The position numbers and the translations under genes were made by a program. The notes beneath the pieces were generated by a model, which was given only the letters and a program-made list of their open reading frames with translations, was not told where the DNA came from and ran no database searches. Positions 1 to 8,948 of a stretch of 64,000 nt of DNA are shown in pieces; position 1 is the stretch's first letter; every line of letters begins with the position of its first letter. Source of the stretch: an uncultured Pseudomonadota bacterium. Its GTDB lineage: Bacteria > Myxococcota_A > UBA796 > SXON01. Location: assembly GCA_903844155.1 (NCBI GenBank), contig CAIMSU010000162.1, positions 70,845 to 134,844 on the forward strand, in the 5' to 3' direction.

Positions 1-1371
1 GGCGGGCGTGGGTGCTGGCGCGACGGTCGCGGTGCGGGTCGGCTGGGAGTAGGTGTTCGAGGAGGTTCGGCTGTTGTTCGCGGCGGCCGCACGAGCCGCA
101 GCGGCGGCCTTGTCCGACGCCGCCTTGTCCGCGGCGGCCTTGTCGGAAGCAGCGCGATCGGCAGCGGCCTTGTCAGCAGCAGCCTGGGCGTCCTGCTGGG
201 AGGAGGCCGAGGGCTGGATGCGCGTCGGCGCCGCGGGCTGCGCGTTGGCCTGGGGCGCGGGGGCCGGGACGGGCGCGGTCACCGCGGGCGCTGTCCCGGC
301 GGGGGCGACAGCGGGCGCCGTCGCGTCCACCGGCGGAGCGGTCGGGGCCGAGGCGACCGCCGGCACAGCAGCCGGGACGGCGACGTCCGCCATCGTCGCG
401 GCAGCAGCATCCGTCTTCGCGGAGTGCGGCGGGGTCACGACGGCGACGGACGGGTTCGGGCCGCTCTTGAGCCACCAGCTCCCGCCGCTGATCGCCAGCG
501 CGGCGGCGAGGCTGATGACGGTCGAGAGCGCGAGCGCCGCCAACAGGCTGGCCTTGCGCGTGCCCCGGCCGCCGGTGAGCAGCAGCAGGACGATGATGAG
601 CAGGCCGAACAGCGCGAGGAACGAGCCGCCCGCGCCGACCCACGCGTTCGCCAGAAGGTTGGCCGTCACGAGGCCCACCACGCCAACGAGCGCGACGGCC
701 GCGCCGATCAGCGCGATGGTCAGGTCACCCGAGGGGTCGTAGGCGGGCCCTGCGTCGGCCATCGGGCGAGGGGCGGCGAGCGGGGCGGCCGGGGGCGCGT
801 AGGCTGGCTGCACGGCGCTGGGTGTCGGCGAGACGGCGACGGGCGCCGCGGTGGCGACAGGCGGATTGGACTGCCGGGGCGACGCCGCCGGGCCGGGTGG
901 GATCGAACGGCCGGCGGGCTTGGCTGGCCAGTCTGCAGGCGGGGTCTGCGAGGCGATCGTCGGACGGTCGCGGTCGACGGCAGGGGGATTGCCGGCGTAG
1001 CCGTTGCCATTTCCGTTCGCGCCGGGGTAGCCGCCGCTCACCTGCTGCCGCGCGTCGTCGGGCAGGAGCGTCACGCCACCGCCGCGCGCGGACATCGCCG
1101 GCTCCGGGGGCATCGGCTCGTCCCGGGGGATCGTCGACTCCCCGCCGGACGCGTCGTGCTGGACGGCCGTGGGACGATCCAGGTCGCCGACGGACTTGAT
1201 CTGCGTCCGCTCCTCACTGGCCGGGACGGGAGATTCCGCGTTCTCCACACCGTTTTTCCGGATGTAAATGGCGTGTCCGCACTTCCTGCACGTCGCCTTG
1301 TTCACCTCTCGGGTGAGCTTGCTGTCAGGGATTTTGTAGGAAGCACCGCAATTGTCGCAAACGACGCGCAT
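1..1371 (-). CDS. MJ0042-type zinc-ribbon membrane protein (3' end runs off the window)
   Basis: ATG at 1371. N-terminus is MRVVCDNCGASYKIPDSKLTREVNKATCRKCGH, with two CxxC pairs. A Pro/Ala-rich linker follows, then hydrophobic helices (TIALIGAAVALVGVVGLV, FLALFGLLIIVLLLL) and an Ala/Asp/Lys repeat tail. The frame stays open to position 1, so it is absent from the ORF track. Confidence 0.8.
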   Translation of the reverse strand, partial: MRVVCDNCGASYKIPDSKLTREVNKATCRKCGHAIYIRKNGVENAESPVPASEERTQIKSVGDLDRPTAVQHDASGGESTIPRDEPMPPEPAMSARGGGVTLLPDDARQQVSGGYPGANGNGNGYAGNPPAVDRDRPTIASQTPPADWPAKPAGRSIPPGPAASPRQSNPPVATAAPVAVSPTPSAVQPAYAPPAAPLAAPRPMADAGPAYDPSGDLTIALIGAAVALVGVVGLVTANLLANAWVGAGGSFLALFGLLIIVLLLLTGGRGTRKASLLAALALSTVISLAAALAISGGSWWLKSGPNPSVAVVTPPHSAKTDAAAATMADVAVPAAVPAVASAPTAPPVDATAPAVAPAGTAPAVTAPVPAPAPQANAQPAAPTRIQPSASSQQDAQAAADKAAADRAASDKAAADKAASDKAAAAARAAAANNSRTSSNTYSQPTRTATVAPAPTPA

Positions 1372-1486
1372 GGAAGACCTCGTACCGCCTGAACCGGTAA
1401 CCCTGCGTTCTACGTTCTAACTCCCTCGTTGTCAACTCTCGCGGCCGGCGCGCCCGTCGACCCCCGCCGGCGGCTTAGAACCCTGC

Positions 1487-2224
1487 ATGGCCGACGCCGT
1501 CATCGCCGCGACCGCCCTGCGCCGCGTCTGGCCGCTTGCGCAGAAGCAGGAAGTGGTCGCCGTGGACCTCGTCTCATTTGAGGTTCGCGCTGGCGAAGTC
1601 TTCGGGCTGCTCGGCCCGAACGGCGCGGGAAAGACCACCACGATCCGCATGCTGGCCACCCTCACGGTCCCCACGTCGGGCTCCGCGAGCGTGTGCGGGC
1701 ACGACGTTGCGCGTGAGGCGGACGCCGTCCGCCGGTCGATCGGGTACGTCAGCGTTTCGTCAGGTTTGCCTACGCTGCTCACCGTCGGCGAGACGATCCG
1801 GACGTTCGCTGCGCTTCAGGGCGACGCCCCATCCGCTGCCGTCGACGCCCTCGCCCGCTTCGGCCTCGCCGACCTCGGTGACCGCGCTGTGGACGCCCTC
1901 TCCACCGGCCTCCGCCAGCGCCTGCGCCTCGCCTGCGCCACCGTGCACGACCCACCCGCCTGGATCCTCGACGAGCCGACCTCCGGCCTCGACGTCATGG
2001 CTGCCGACGAGCTGCTCACCGCCGTCCGCGCAGCCCGGGATCGCGGTGCGGCTGTGCTCTTCTCGACCCACGACATGGGCATCGCCGAGGACATCTGCGA
2101 CCGCATCGCCATCATGCATGCCGGGCGGATCCACGCCGTCGGCACGGCCGAGGCGCTCAAATCGCTCGCGGGCGTTCCCGACCTGCGCCGCGCCTTCGTG
2201 GCGATCGTTCGTGGGGCGGGCTGA
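1487..2224 (+). CDS. ABC transporter ATP-binding protein (ABC-2/NatA-like)
   Basis: Walker A GPNGAGKTT, signature LSTGLRQRL, Walker B ILDEPTSGLD and H-loop STHD are present. The stop overlaps the next start by 1 nt. Confidence 0.93.
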   Translation: MADAVIAATALRRVWPLAQKQEVVAVDLVSFEVRAGEVFGLLGPNGAGKTTTIRMLATLTVPTSGSASVCGHDVAREADAVRRSIGYVSVSSGLPTLLTVGETIRTFAALQGDAPSAAVDALARFGLADLGDRAVDALSTGLRQRLRLACATVHDPPAWILDEPTSGLDVMAADELLTAVRAARDRGAAVLFSTHDMGIAEDICDRIAIMHAGRIHAVGTAEALKSLAGVPDLRRAFVAIVRGAG

Positions 2225-3288
2225 TGCGGGCCTCTGCCCGGGCTTTTTTCGCGCTCGTCGCCATGGATGTCCGCCGGATCGTACGCACGCGCTGGGCGAT
2301 GCCGCTGCTCATCGTGGTCCCGCTGTTCCTCGTGCCGATCTCGGAGCTGGCGGCGGTGCTCATCACCCGGCCGTCGGCGGCGGACACGGTCGCGATCCCG
2401 ATGGACCTGCCGGACGGGTTCCCGCTGCAGGAGCAACTGCTGGCGTTCAAGCTTACGGCTGTGCCGTCGGCGGACCCGCGCGCTGCGGTCCTGCGGGGCG
2501 AGGTGGATGCCGGGATCTACGGTATTGCTGGGTCGGTAACGTCGGGTTGGACGGCCAACGTTGCCGGCGACGTCGACTGGCGCGTTCGTCGGGCGGTGAT
2601 GACGGCGGGGCAACGCGCGCTCCTGGACGAGGCGGGTCGACGAGGTGGGGACGGGCTGACGACGGCGTCGCCGATCGTGCTGTGGCCGAAAGCCACGGCC
2701 GGCCCGCCCGAAGGCCTGTTTGACGACGTTCCGCGCGGCGTCTTGTCCGGCTGGCTCGCGCTGGTCCCGCTCTCGGTGCTGTTCTACGCGCTCCTGCCGC
2801 TGGCTGCATCCGACCGGGCGACGGGCCTCTACGAGACGCTGTTGACGATGCCGCTCTCGCCCAGACGCGCGGTCGTGGCGCGGGTCGTCGCGGTGATGGT
2901 CATCTCGCTGACGGCGACGGGCCTCTACACGGGCGGCGGGCTCACGCTCGTGGGGATGTTGCGCGCGTCGATGCTCCCGGGCCCCATCGACGTGCTCCGC
3001 GTTGCGTCCGCGCAGGCCGCGATGATCTCGGCGCTGGTCTGGGCGGGCGAGGGTGCGCAGACCAGCGCCTCGGCGATGCGCATGGGCGGGCTCATCCTGT
3101 ACGGGGCGATGGGGCTGGTGGGCGCGGCGACGGCCATTCAAGGGTCGTGGGTCCCGCTCGGGGGTCCGCTCGTCGCGAACGTCGCGAAGGACGGCTACGG
3201 GCCGTTCGCGCTGGGGCTCTTGTCGACGTCGGCGTTGACGGCTGTTTTTCTGGCGATGGCGGCGCGTGAACGCGGAAAGCCGCCATGA
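2224..3288 (+). CDS. ABC-2 type permease (NatB-like, large external loop after TM1)
   Basis: N-terminal TM helix, about 150 aa of soluble loop, then a cluster of hydrophobic helices. It is translationally coupled on both sides, with an ATGA overlap at 3285-3288. Confidence 0.75.
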   Translation: MRASARAFFALVAMDVRRIVRTRWAMPLLIVVPLFLVPISELAAVLITRPSAADTVAIPMDLPDGFPLQEQLLAFKLTAVPSADPRAAVLRGEVDAGIYGIAGSVTSGWTANVAGDVDWRVRRAVMTAGQRALLDEAGRRGGDGLTTASPIVLWPKATAGPPEGLFDDVPRGVLSGWLALVPLSVLFYALLPLAASDRATGLYETLLTMPLSPRRAVVARVVAVMVISLTATGLYTGGGLTLVGMLRASMLPGPIDVLRVASAQAAMISALVWAGEGAQTSASAMRMGGLILYGAMGLVGAATAIQGSWVPLGGPLVANVAKDGYGPFALGLLSTSALTAVFLAMAARERGKPP

Positions 3289-5141
3289 GCCGGTTCACCG
3301 CGATCCCGCCCCTCGTCCGCATGCTCGGCGCGCCCATCTATCGGCGTCGGCAGAGCATCTACTTTGGTTTTCTGTTCTCGCTGGTCTCCGGGTTCGGGGT
3401 CGGGCGATGGCCGCAAGGCTTCTCGCCGCCGGCGTTCCTCTCCGACCCGATCCCGAAGTCAGGCTGCGCCGCCGACCTACCCACCGTCGCCCTCGACGGC
3501 TGGTTCACGTCGCCCCCGTTTACCTGGCCCGGCGCCGTCACCGACGCTGCCAGCGCGGCCGTCCTCGTCAGCATGAAGGCGCCCGCGCGCTGCGAAAAGG
3601 GGTTGACGGCCGACTGCGTCTCCCGGACACGCCTCATCATCACGGCCGCCGACCCGAGCAGCGACGGGCACGACGCCACCCTCGTCCGCCAGTGCCTCGA
3701 CGACCGCCTCGCCGCCGCTCAGGCCGCCCGGCTCGCCGCCATCGGCCTCCCCGTCGACCCCGCCGCTCCCGTCACCCTGACCGTCACCGATCCGCCCGAC
3801 CCCGGCGGGCTCAACCGCGTGGCCGCCTTGCTCTTCGCCTCCCTCGCGATGAGCGCCGCCAGCGTGGGCGGCTCCACGTTGCCCTCCGCGCGGATGTCCG
3901 GCGTCCTCGAAGCCGTTTTTGCGACGGGCGTGCCGCGACGGACGATCGGCGAGGCGTTTTTCGCGTTGGTCCTGGGCTCGGGGCTTACCGCGGGGCTGGT
4001 CTCCCTCGTGGCGCTGGTCATCGGCGGGCTGTCCGGACCGGGAGTCCCGTTGGACGCCCACCTCTGGATGCTGCCTGCCGTGCTGATCCTCGCGGTCGGT
4101 GCCACGCTGGCCACGGTCGTCGGCGCCCGCAGTCTCACGGAAGGCCACGTCCGCCTCGTCCTGCCGATGTTCGGCCCGCTCCTGCTCGCTGGGCTCGCCC
4201 GCCTGCTCGACAGTCACGGCGGCCACGTCGGCGCGCTTGTGCCGTTTGGCGGCGCCGTCTCCCTGCTCCTCGACACGCGCCCCCTCGGCCTCGCGCCCGC
4301 GCTGGGGGCCTACGCGGTCTCCGGCCTGACCGCTGCTGCCTGCTACGCATACGTGATTCGGCAGTTTACAAGCGGATCCGTCGTCGAGCCGGAGTCCGGC
4401 GGCACCCTCGCGCGTCATGCCGCCGGCAACTACCTCCCCGAAGCCATCCTGCTCGGCCTGGTGCCGATCCCCGGCATGGTCCTGATCTTCGGTGTCCTGA
4501 AAAACCTCGACCCGTGGGCGATGACGGCGATGGACGTCGGCGCCTTCGCCGTCCCCGCGGTTGTCGTGCCGCTCGCGCTCGGCTTGCCAGTTCGAACGGC
4601 ACTTTCGCTACGCCTGCCGCCGACCCGGGCCTGGGTGCTCATCCCGGGCCTCGTCGCCGCCACGCTCGCCGCCGGAGGTGCCGCAATGTGGTTCGTGTCG
4701 CTGTTCTGGACCGCGCACGCCACCGAGCTCGCCGACTACGGCGATGCCGTCGCGAAGATTCCGCTGGTCATCCTCACGCTTGGCGCCGGGATCCCCGAGG
4801 ATCTCCTCTTTCGCGGGGCCGTATTGGGACTCCTGCTCCGCCGGCTCAAGCCCTCGCAGGCGATCGTCCTCCAGGCGTTGCTCTTCGCGCTGGCCCACGG
4901 GGAGCTCTACAAGCTCGCGCCAACCTTCGCTATCGGGTGCGTGCTCGGTTGGGTCTGCTGGCGGACCCGCTCCGTGCTCCCCGGGATGCTGATCCACGCC
5001 CTCCACAATGGCGTCCTCGGCGTCGGCCTTTTCGACGAATTCACCGCCTCAGACCTGGCCGGACTCACGCTCGCCGGGGCCCTTGCCGCCCTCCTGCTCG
5101 CCCGTGCACCCGCGCCGGAAGCGCCCGTTACAACCCGCTGA
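3285..5141 (+). CDS. ABC-2-like permease fused to a C-terminal CPBP (CAAX/Abi) intramembrane protease domain
   Basis: The N-terminal two-thirds has the same architecture as the preceding permease. The C-terminus carries the three CPBP motifs: PEDLLFRG (EExxxR-like), FALAHG (FxxxH) and IHALHNG (HxxxN). Confidence 0.8.
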   Translation: MSRFTAIPPLVRMLGAPIYRRRQSIYFGFLFSLVSGFGVGRWPQGFSPPAFLSDPIPKSGCAADLPTVALDGWFTSPPFTWPGAVTDAASAAVLVSMKAPARCEKGLTADCVSRTRLIITAADPSSDGHDATLVRQCLDDRLAAAQAARLAAIGLPVDPAAPVTLTVTDPPDPGGLNRVAALLFASLAMSAASVGGSTLPSARMSGVLEAVFATGVPRRTIGEAFFALVLGSGLTAGLVSLVALVIGGLSGPGVPLDAHLWMLPAVLILAVGATLATVVGARSLTEGHVRLVLPMFGPLLLAGLARLLDSHGGHVGALVPFGGAVSLLLDTRPLGLAPALGAYAVSGLTAAACYAYVIRQFTSGSVVEPESGGTLARHAAGNYLPEAILLGLVPIPGMVLIFGVLKNLDPWAMTAMDVGAFAVPAVVVPLALGLPVRTALSLRLPPTRAWVLIPGLVAATLAAGGAAMWFVSLFWTAHATELADYGDAVAKIPLVILTLGAGIPEDLLFRGAVLGLLLRRLKPSQAIVLQALLFALAHGELYKLAPTFAIGCVLGWVCWRTRSVLPGMLIHALHNGVLGVGLFDEFTASDLAGLTLAGALAALLLARAPAPEAPVTTR

Positions 5142-6465
5142 TCGTCACGCTCCACGTGTCCGGCCCCGGCACCTGCACCGGCGCCGGCTCCCACACCGCG
5201 TACCCCACCGCCACGCCACCCCCGACGACCGCGACCGCACCGGTCCAGAACCACCATTCGTGCGAAAGACCTGCCTTTTTGGCCGGCCGTGGCGTCGGCT
5301 GTGTTGTTCGCTCGTCCGTCGGCTCGTCGTCGCGCGCGCTCACCGAAGCCGGTGCAATCACCGCTTTCCGCACGATGTCCGTCGCGAGCGAGTTGTAGGC
5401 ATCGTCGATCGACGGCGCGGGGAGCCCGACGCTGTACCCGTGAAAATCGGCGTAGAGCTTCACATCCTCGCCGCCAGCACCCCACAACTGCACCTCCAGG
5501 GCGCCGCCATCGTCGATCGAGCCGGTCACGACCCAGTCGACCTTGAGCGCGTCCCGGACCTGCAGGATCTCGGCGTGCGTGAGCTGCGGCCTTCCCGCGG
5601 CCGCCTCCGCTGCAGCGAGCAGCGGCCTCACGGCAGAAGGCACGTTCGTCGCCCGCTCTTCGAGGTAGCGCGGGTCCAGCTTGGCAACGTGCATGAAGGC
5701 GTCCGCGGCGTTGGACGTCAACTGGCTCTTCGCGCACGCCGCGCCAAGCGTGTACCAGGCGTCCGCGACCTCCTCGCGCCGCCCGACCTGCGAGAGGGCG
5801 TTGGCGTGCTCGCTCACCGCCTGCGTCGCCGCGGAGATGGCACCCGGGTAGTCGCCGGAAAGGTAGAGCCTGCGGGCCTCAGCGGCGTGATCCCGGGCCG
5901 CGCGCAGGTCGCCCTCGGTCTCGGCCGAGACCCCGTCCGCGATGTCCGAACCCGGCAGCGCGTCCAGGAAGCCGGCCGTGAGAATGGCAGAGCGCAGGCC
6001 TTCAGTTGCCGTCTCTGCGTCCGCCTGGCTCGCGCCCCAGGACTCAAAATCCAGGACAGCGACGGTGGCCGCGGCGGCGGGGTTCAGCGCGGCAAGGACG
6101 AGGAGCACGGCCGCAGCGTACAGCGGATCGGGGCTGGGGGGAAGGGCGGTTTTTCGGGCATCTCCTGGGCGGCTCGCCTGGCCCGACGCCGGTCCAGAAT
6201 CCGCTGTGGAACGCCGCTTTGCTCTGGCGGCGGGTTCCGGGGCCTGGCGGTGTGGTGCGCGCGCCGCGGTCCGCGCCCGGGCCCGGCCGCGCCGCCGATC
6301 CCGGCGCTCGGCGAACCCCGCACCGGCCTCGGCGCTGATTGTTCGGCGTTCCAATGCCACGTTCGCCGACAGCCGCCGAAGCCGGCAGCCGGCACCGAAC
6401 GCGCGGGGAACGCCGCGTTGGGGGGCCATCTCCCTGCCAATCATCGTGAATTCAGGTACTTCCAC
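5128..6465 (-). CDS. Hypothetical bitopic membrane protein with a periplasmic helical/TPR-like domain; start uncertain
   Basis: The body from about 6130 down has good high-GC3 coding signal. There is a TM helix near LYAAAVLLVLAAL and a second near the C-terminus (WWFWTGAVAVVGGGVAVGYAVW). The first roughly 110 codons are Arg-rich with weaker GC3. In-frame starts exist only between about 6357 and 6465. It overlaps the preceding gene's 3' end convergently by 14 nt. Confidence 0.6.
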   Translation of the reverse strand: MEVPEFTMIGREMAPQRGVPRAFGAGCRLRRLSANVALERRTISAEAGAGFAERRDRRRGRARARTAARAPHRQAPEPAARAKRRSTADSGPASGQASRPGDARKTALPPSPDPLYAAAVLLVLAALNPAAAATVAVLDFESWGASQADAETATEGLRSAILTAGFLDALPGSDIADGVSAETEGDLRAARDHAAEARRLYLSGDYPGAISAATQAVSEHANALSQVGRREEVADAWYTLGAACAKSQLTSNAADAFMHVAKLDPRYLEERATNVPSAVRPLLAAAEAAAGRPQLTHAEILQVRDALKVDWVVTGSIDDGGALEVQLWGAGGEDVKLYADFHGYSVGLPAPSIDDAYNSLATDIVRKAVIAPASVSARDDEPTDERTTQPTPRPAKKAGLSHEWWFWTGAVAVVGGGVAVGYAVWEPAPVQVPGPDTWSVTISGL

Positions 6466-6559
6466 GTTGCTTGTTTGCGCAGCGCTCCCAATGGCCCCCA
6501 GGGCGTCGACGACGACCGTGGCCGCGCGCGTTGGCTTGTCTTCCGCGCCCGGTTGAGGT

Positions 6560-6823
6560 CATGGGGGTGGTTTTGGCGCGACTCGGGACTCAAGGGGGGC
6601 GTCTTGGCGCGGCCCGCGTGCCAACGCGCCAGGTGGACGTCGGCCGGGTCGCGCGTGACCGCCAAAATGCAGGTTGCTCCGTTCGGGCGAGCCCCGCGCT
6701 TCCCCCCGGTGGGCCACCCAGCGCCCGATTCCGGGTCGCCCACCTCCTTCAGCAGCCGCGGCGAACGAGCCCGCGCCAACGCTGGGGCCATGAGTCCCGC
6801 ATCGCGCCAAAACTGCACCCATG
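6560..6823. repeat. Long imperfect inverted repeat (33-nt arms, 28/33 identical, about 198-nt spacer)
   Basis: The left arm 6560-6592 is catgggggtggttttggcgcgactcgggactca. The reverse complement of the right arm 6791-6823 is catgggtgcagttttggcgcgatgcgggactca. Weaker symmetry continues inward: gcgtcttggcgcgg versus gcgttggcgcggg. Confidence 0.85.
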
Positions 6824-6888
6824 GCTCCATCGCCGGCGGTGGGACCTGCTCGCGCGGAACCGGGTGTCAAAGCCTGGGCAGGTGCGAA

Positions 6889-7387
6889 ATGCTCCTCCTC
6901 CAAGCGGCCGTCTTTGCGTGCGTCGACGGGAGGGGCCCCGGACACGCCCACGCGTCCGACTCCGCCGCCAGGGCCGACTCCGTCGTCGACGCCGTCACGA
7001 CCGCCGACTCCGTGCCGGAGAGCACCGCCGAAAGCGTCAGCGACAGCGTCCCCACCCCTTACAGGCCCGTCGCAGTGTGCACGGCCGAGCCGCTGGTCGT
7101 CGAGGCGCCTGTGACCACCATCTCGTAGTTCGGAAGCGACTCCCATGCCCTGGAGGGCGCGACGATCGCTGACTACGACTGGGAGATCGCGTCCGCGCCG
7201 ACCGGCTCGGGCGCCGGGCCCGTGCGCGCCTGGGCTACATCAACGCTGATCGCCGATCTCCGTGGCGGTGCTGATCTACGAGGATGGCGTCCTCACCTGG
7301 ACGGACACGCGCGACGTCGACGGCGAGGCCGACTATGCGTGGTTCGCCACGGTGGATTGGCCGAACGGTGCAGTGACGTCGTTGTGA
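6889..7387 (+). pseudogene. Decayed lipoprotein gene with a PKD/Ig-like fragment (in-frame TAG plus a frameshift)
   Basis: ATG at 6889 gives MLLLQAAVFAC with a lipobox. An in-frame TAG lies at 7126-7128, inside ...VVEAPVTTIS*FGSDSHALEGATIADYDWEIASAPTGSGAG, which is a PKD-like pattern. Coding-like sequence resumes in another frame from about 7268 (VLIYEDGVLTWTDTRDVDGEADYAWFATVDWPNGAVTSL) and stops at 7385-7387. Confidence 0.5.
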
Positions 7388-7405
7388 CGCGCGGGCGCTC
7401 GCTCG

Positions 7406-7876
7406 CTACTCCTCGACCCCGTCCGCCTGCGGCGTAAACCCCCGTTCGATCGGACGATTCTCACGTGGCAGCCGTGGCCCAGCGCTGGCTGCGTGCTCGA
7501 CGCTGGTGTACACGCGCCCCTCCACGCGCGCCCAGGGATGCAGTCTCCCGGCTGCCCGAGCAAAATCCCGTGCTTGCGCCTCGACTTTGTGGAGATGTCG
7601 CGCCTCGGCCCGGCGCTCGGTGACCTTGACCTCCACAGCAAGGAGCCGGTCGTGACCGTCGAAGTACAGCAGGTCGCCGGCATGGCCGGCGCGCGCCGAC
7701 CATTCCAGACCGATCAAGTACGGGAAGTCGGGGATCAGCGCGCCGCTGTTCAGCACCAGATGCCGCCGCAGCGCCCCCTCGGCCGAGAGGTCCCAGTCGC
7801 AGCCGGCGACATAGGCGTGCAACACCGAATCCCGGCGTTGCGCCTCCTCAAGCGGGATGGGGCCGCCGGCCGGCAC
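7406..7876 (-). CDS. Hypothetical protein, possible PD-(D/E)XK nuclease fold
   Basis: The GTG start shares 1 nt with the mdh stop (TAGTG). The motif GDLLYFDGHDRLLAVEVK fits D...ExK. GC3 is high through most of the ORF. Confidence 0.6.
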   Translation of the reverse strand: MPAGGPIPLEEAQRRDSVLHAYVAGCDWDLSAEGALRRHLVLNSGALIPDFPYLIGLEWSARAGHAGDLLYFDGHDRLLAVEVKVTERRAEARHLHKVEAQARDFARAAGRLHPWARVEGRVYTSVEHAASAGPRLPRENRPIERGFTPQADGVEE

Positions 7877-8868
7877 TACGCCAGCAGGTCCTTGACGGTC
7901 TCGCGCTCGTTGACCAATTCCTGGGTCGTCGCCGCGATCTTCGCCCTGGCAAAGTCGTCGTGCTCAAGACCCTCGACGATCTGGTAGTCGCCCTTGCCGG
8001 ACGTGACCGGGAAGCTGAAGATAAGGCCCTTCGGAACACCATACTGTCCGTCGGACCACACGCCCATGGAGGTGAAGGTTGCCGCATCTGAGGGAGAAGC
8101 GCTGCCGTGCCACAGGGTGCTCATGTGGTCGATCGCCGCGGCCGCTGCGGAAGCCGCGGAAGACTGGCCGCGCGCCTCGATGATCGCCTTGCCGCGCGTG
8201 GCCACGGTCTTGAGGAAGTCGCCCTCCAGCCAGTCGCGCCCGACCTGCTCGGTCACCGCCTGGCCGCGAACCTTCGCGTGCGCGAAGTCCGGGTACATCG
8301 TGTCGGAGTGGTTGCCCCAGATGCCGAGGTTCGAAACCTCACCGGGGAGGCTTCCCAGCTTTTTGGCGAGCTGCGCCTTCGCGCGGTTCTCGTCCAGCCG
8401 GGTCATGGCGTGGAAGCGGTTCTTCGGGATGCCGGGGGCGGAGTGCGCGGCGATGAGGGCGTTGGTGTTGCAGGGGTTGCCGACCACGAGAACACGTAGG
8501 TCGTCCGCCGCGTTGTCGTTGAGCGCGCGGCCCTGCCCGGTGAAGATCGGGCCGTTGGCGGAGATCAGGTCGGCCCGGTTCATGTCCTTGGTGCGCGGGC
8601 GGGAGCCGACGAGAAACGCCTGGTTGATACCGGAGAAAGCCTTGTTCGGGTCGTCTGAGATCTCGACGCCGTGCAGGAGCGGGAACGCCGAGTCGAGCAG
8701 CTCCATCACCACGCCTTCGAGCGCTTTCATGCCGGGCGGGATCTCCAGGAGCTGGAGGATGATCGGCTGGTCCTTGCCGTAGCAGTCGCCCGCGGCGAGG
8801 CGAAAGAGCAGGGCGTAGCCGATGTTTCCAGCGGCGCCGGTGACAGAGATGCGGATGGGGGCGGTCAT
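7876..8868 (-). CDS. mdh: Malate dehydrogenase (NAD-dependent, LDH-like type 2 family)
   Basis: [25 protein letters not shown] Rossmann N-terminus, plus [18 protein letters not shown] and IWGNHS motifs. The start was trimmed to the ATG at 8868, which has GGAG 9 nt upstream. Confidence 0.93.
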   Translation of the reverse strand: MTAPIRISVTGAAGNIGYALLFRLAAGDCYGKDQPIILQLLEIPPGMKALEGVVMELLDSAFPLLHGVEISDDPNKAFSGINQAFLVGSRPRTKDMNRADLISANGPIFTGQGRALNDNAADDLRVLVVGNPCNTNALIAAHSAPGIPKNRFHAMTRLDENRAKAQLAKKLGSLPGEVSNLGIWGNHSDTMYPDFAHAKVRGQAVTEQVGRDWLEGDFLKTVATRGKAIIEARGQSSAASAAAAAIDHMSTLWHGSASPSDAATFTSMGVWSDGQYGVPKGLIFSFPVTSGKGDYQIVEGLEHDDFARAKIAATTQELVNERETVKDLLA

Positions 8869-8948
8869 TTTGGAACTCCGGGACGGTTTCGGGAGACGCG
8901 GGAGAGAATCGGCCACCCGTCTATCGCGCGGGTCCGGCCGGCTCCATG

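Noticed and set aside
6560-6823. A retron msr/msd or CRISPR-leader interpretation of the inverted repeat.
   Set aside because: No reverse transcriptase, cas gene or repeat-spacer array exists anywhere in the window. Only the inverted-repeat observation itself is retained.
5008-7128. Very long ORFs in the track that lie opposite recognised genes. Examples are 5008..7128 +, 16041..17816 +, 19544..21574 +, 21644..23908 +, 24875..27496 -, 28602..31100 -, 34805..37213 +, 37032..39047 +, 42585..45167 + and 47013..48860 +.
   Set aside because: Each is antisense to a gene with clear family motifs. Their translations are Arg/Gly/Pro/Asp-rich low-complexity strings typical of stop-codon-poor antisense frames in about 70% GC DNA. 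None shows a recognisable motif.
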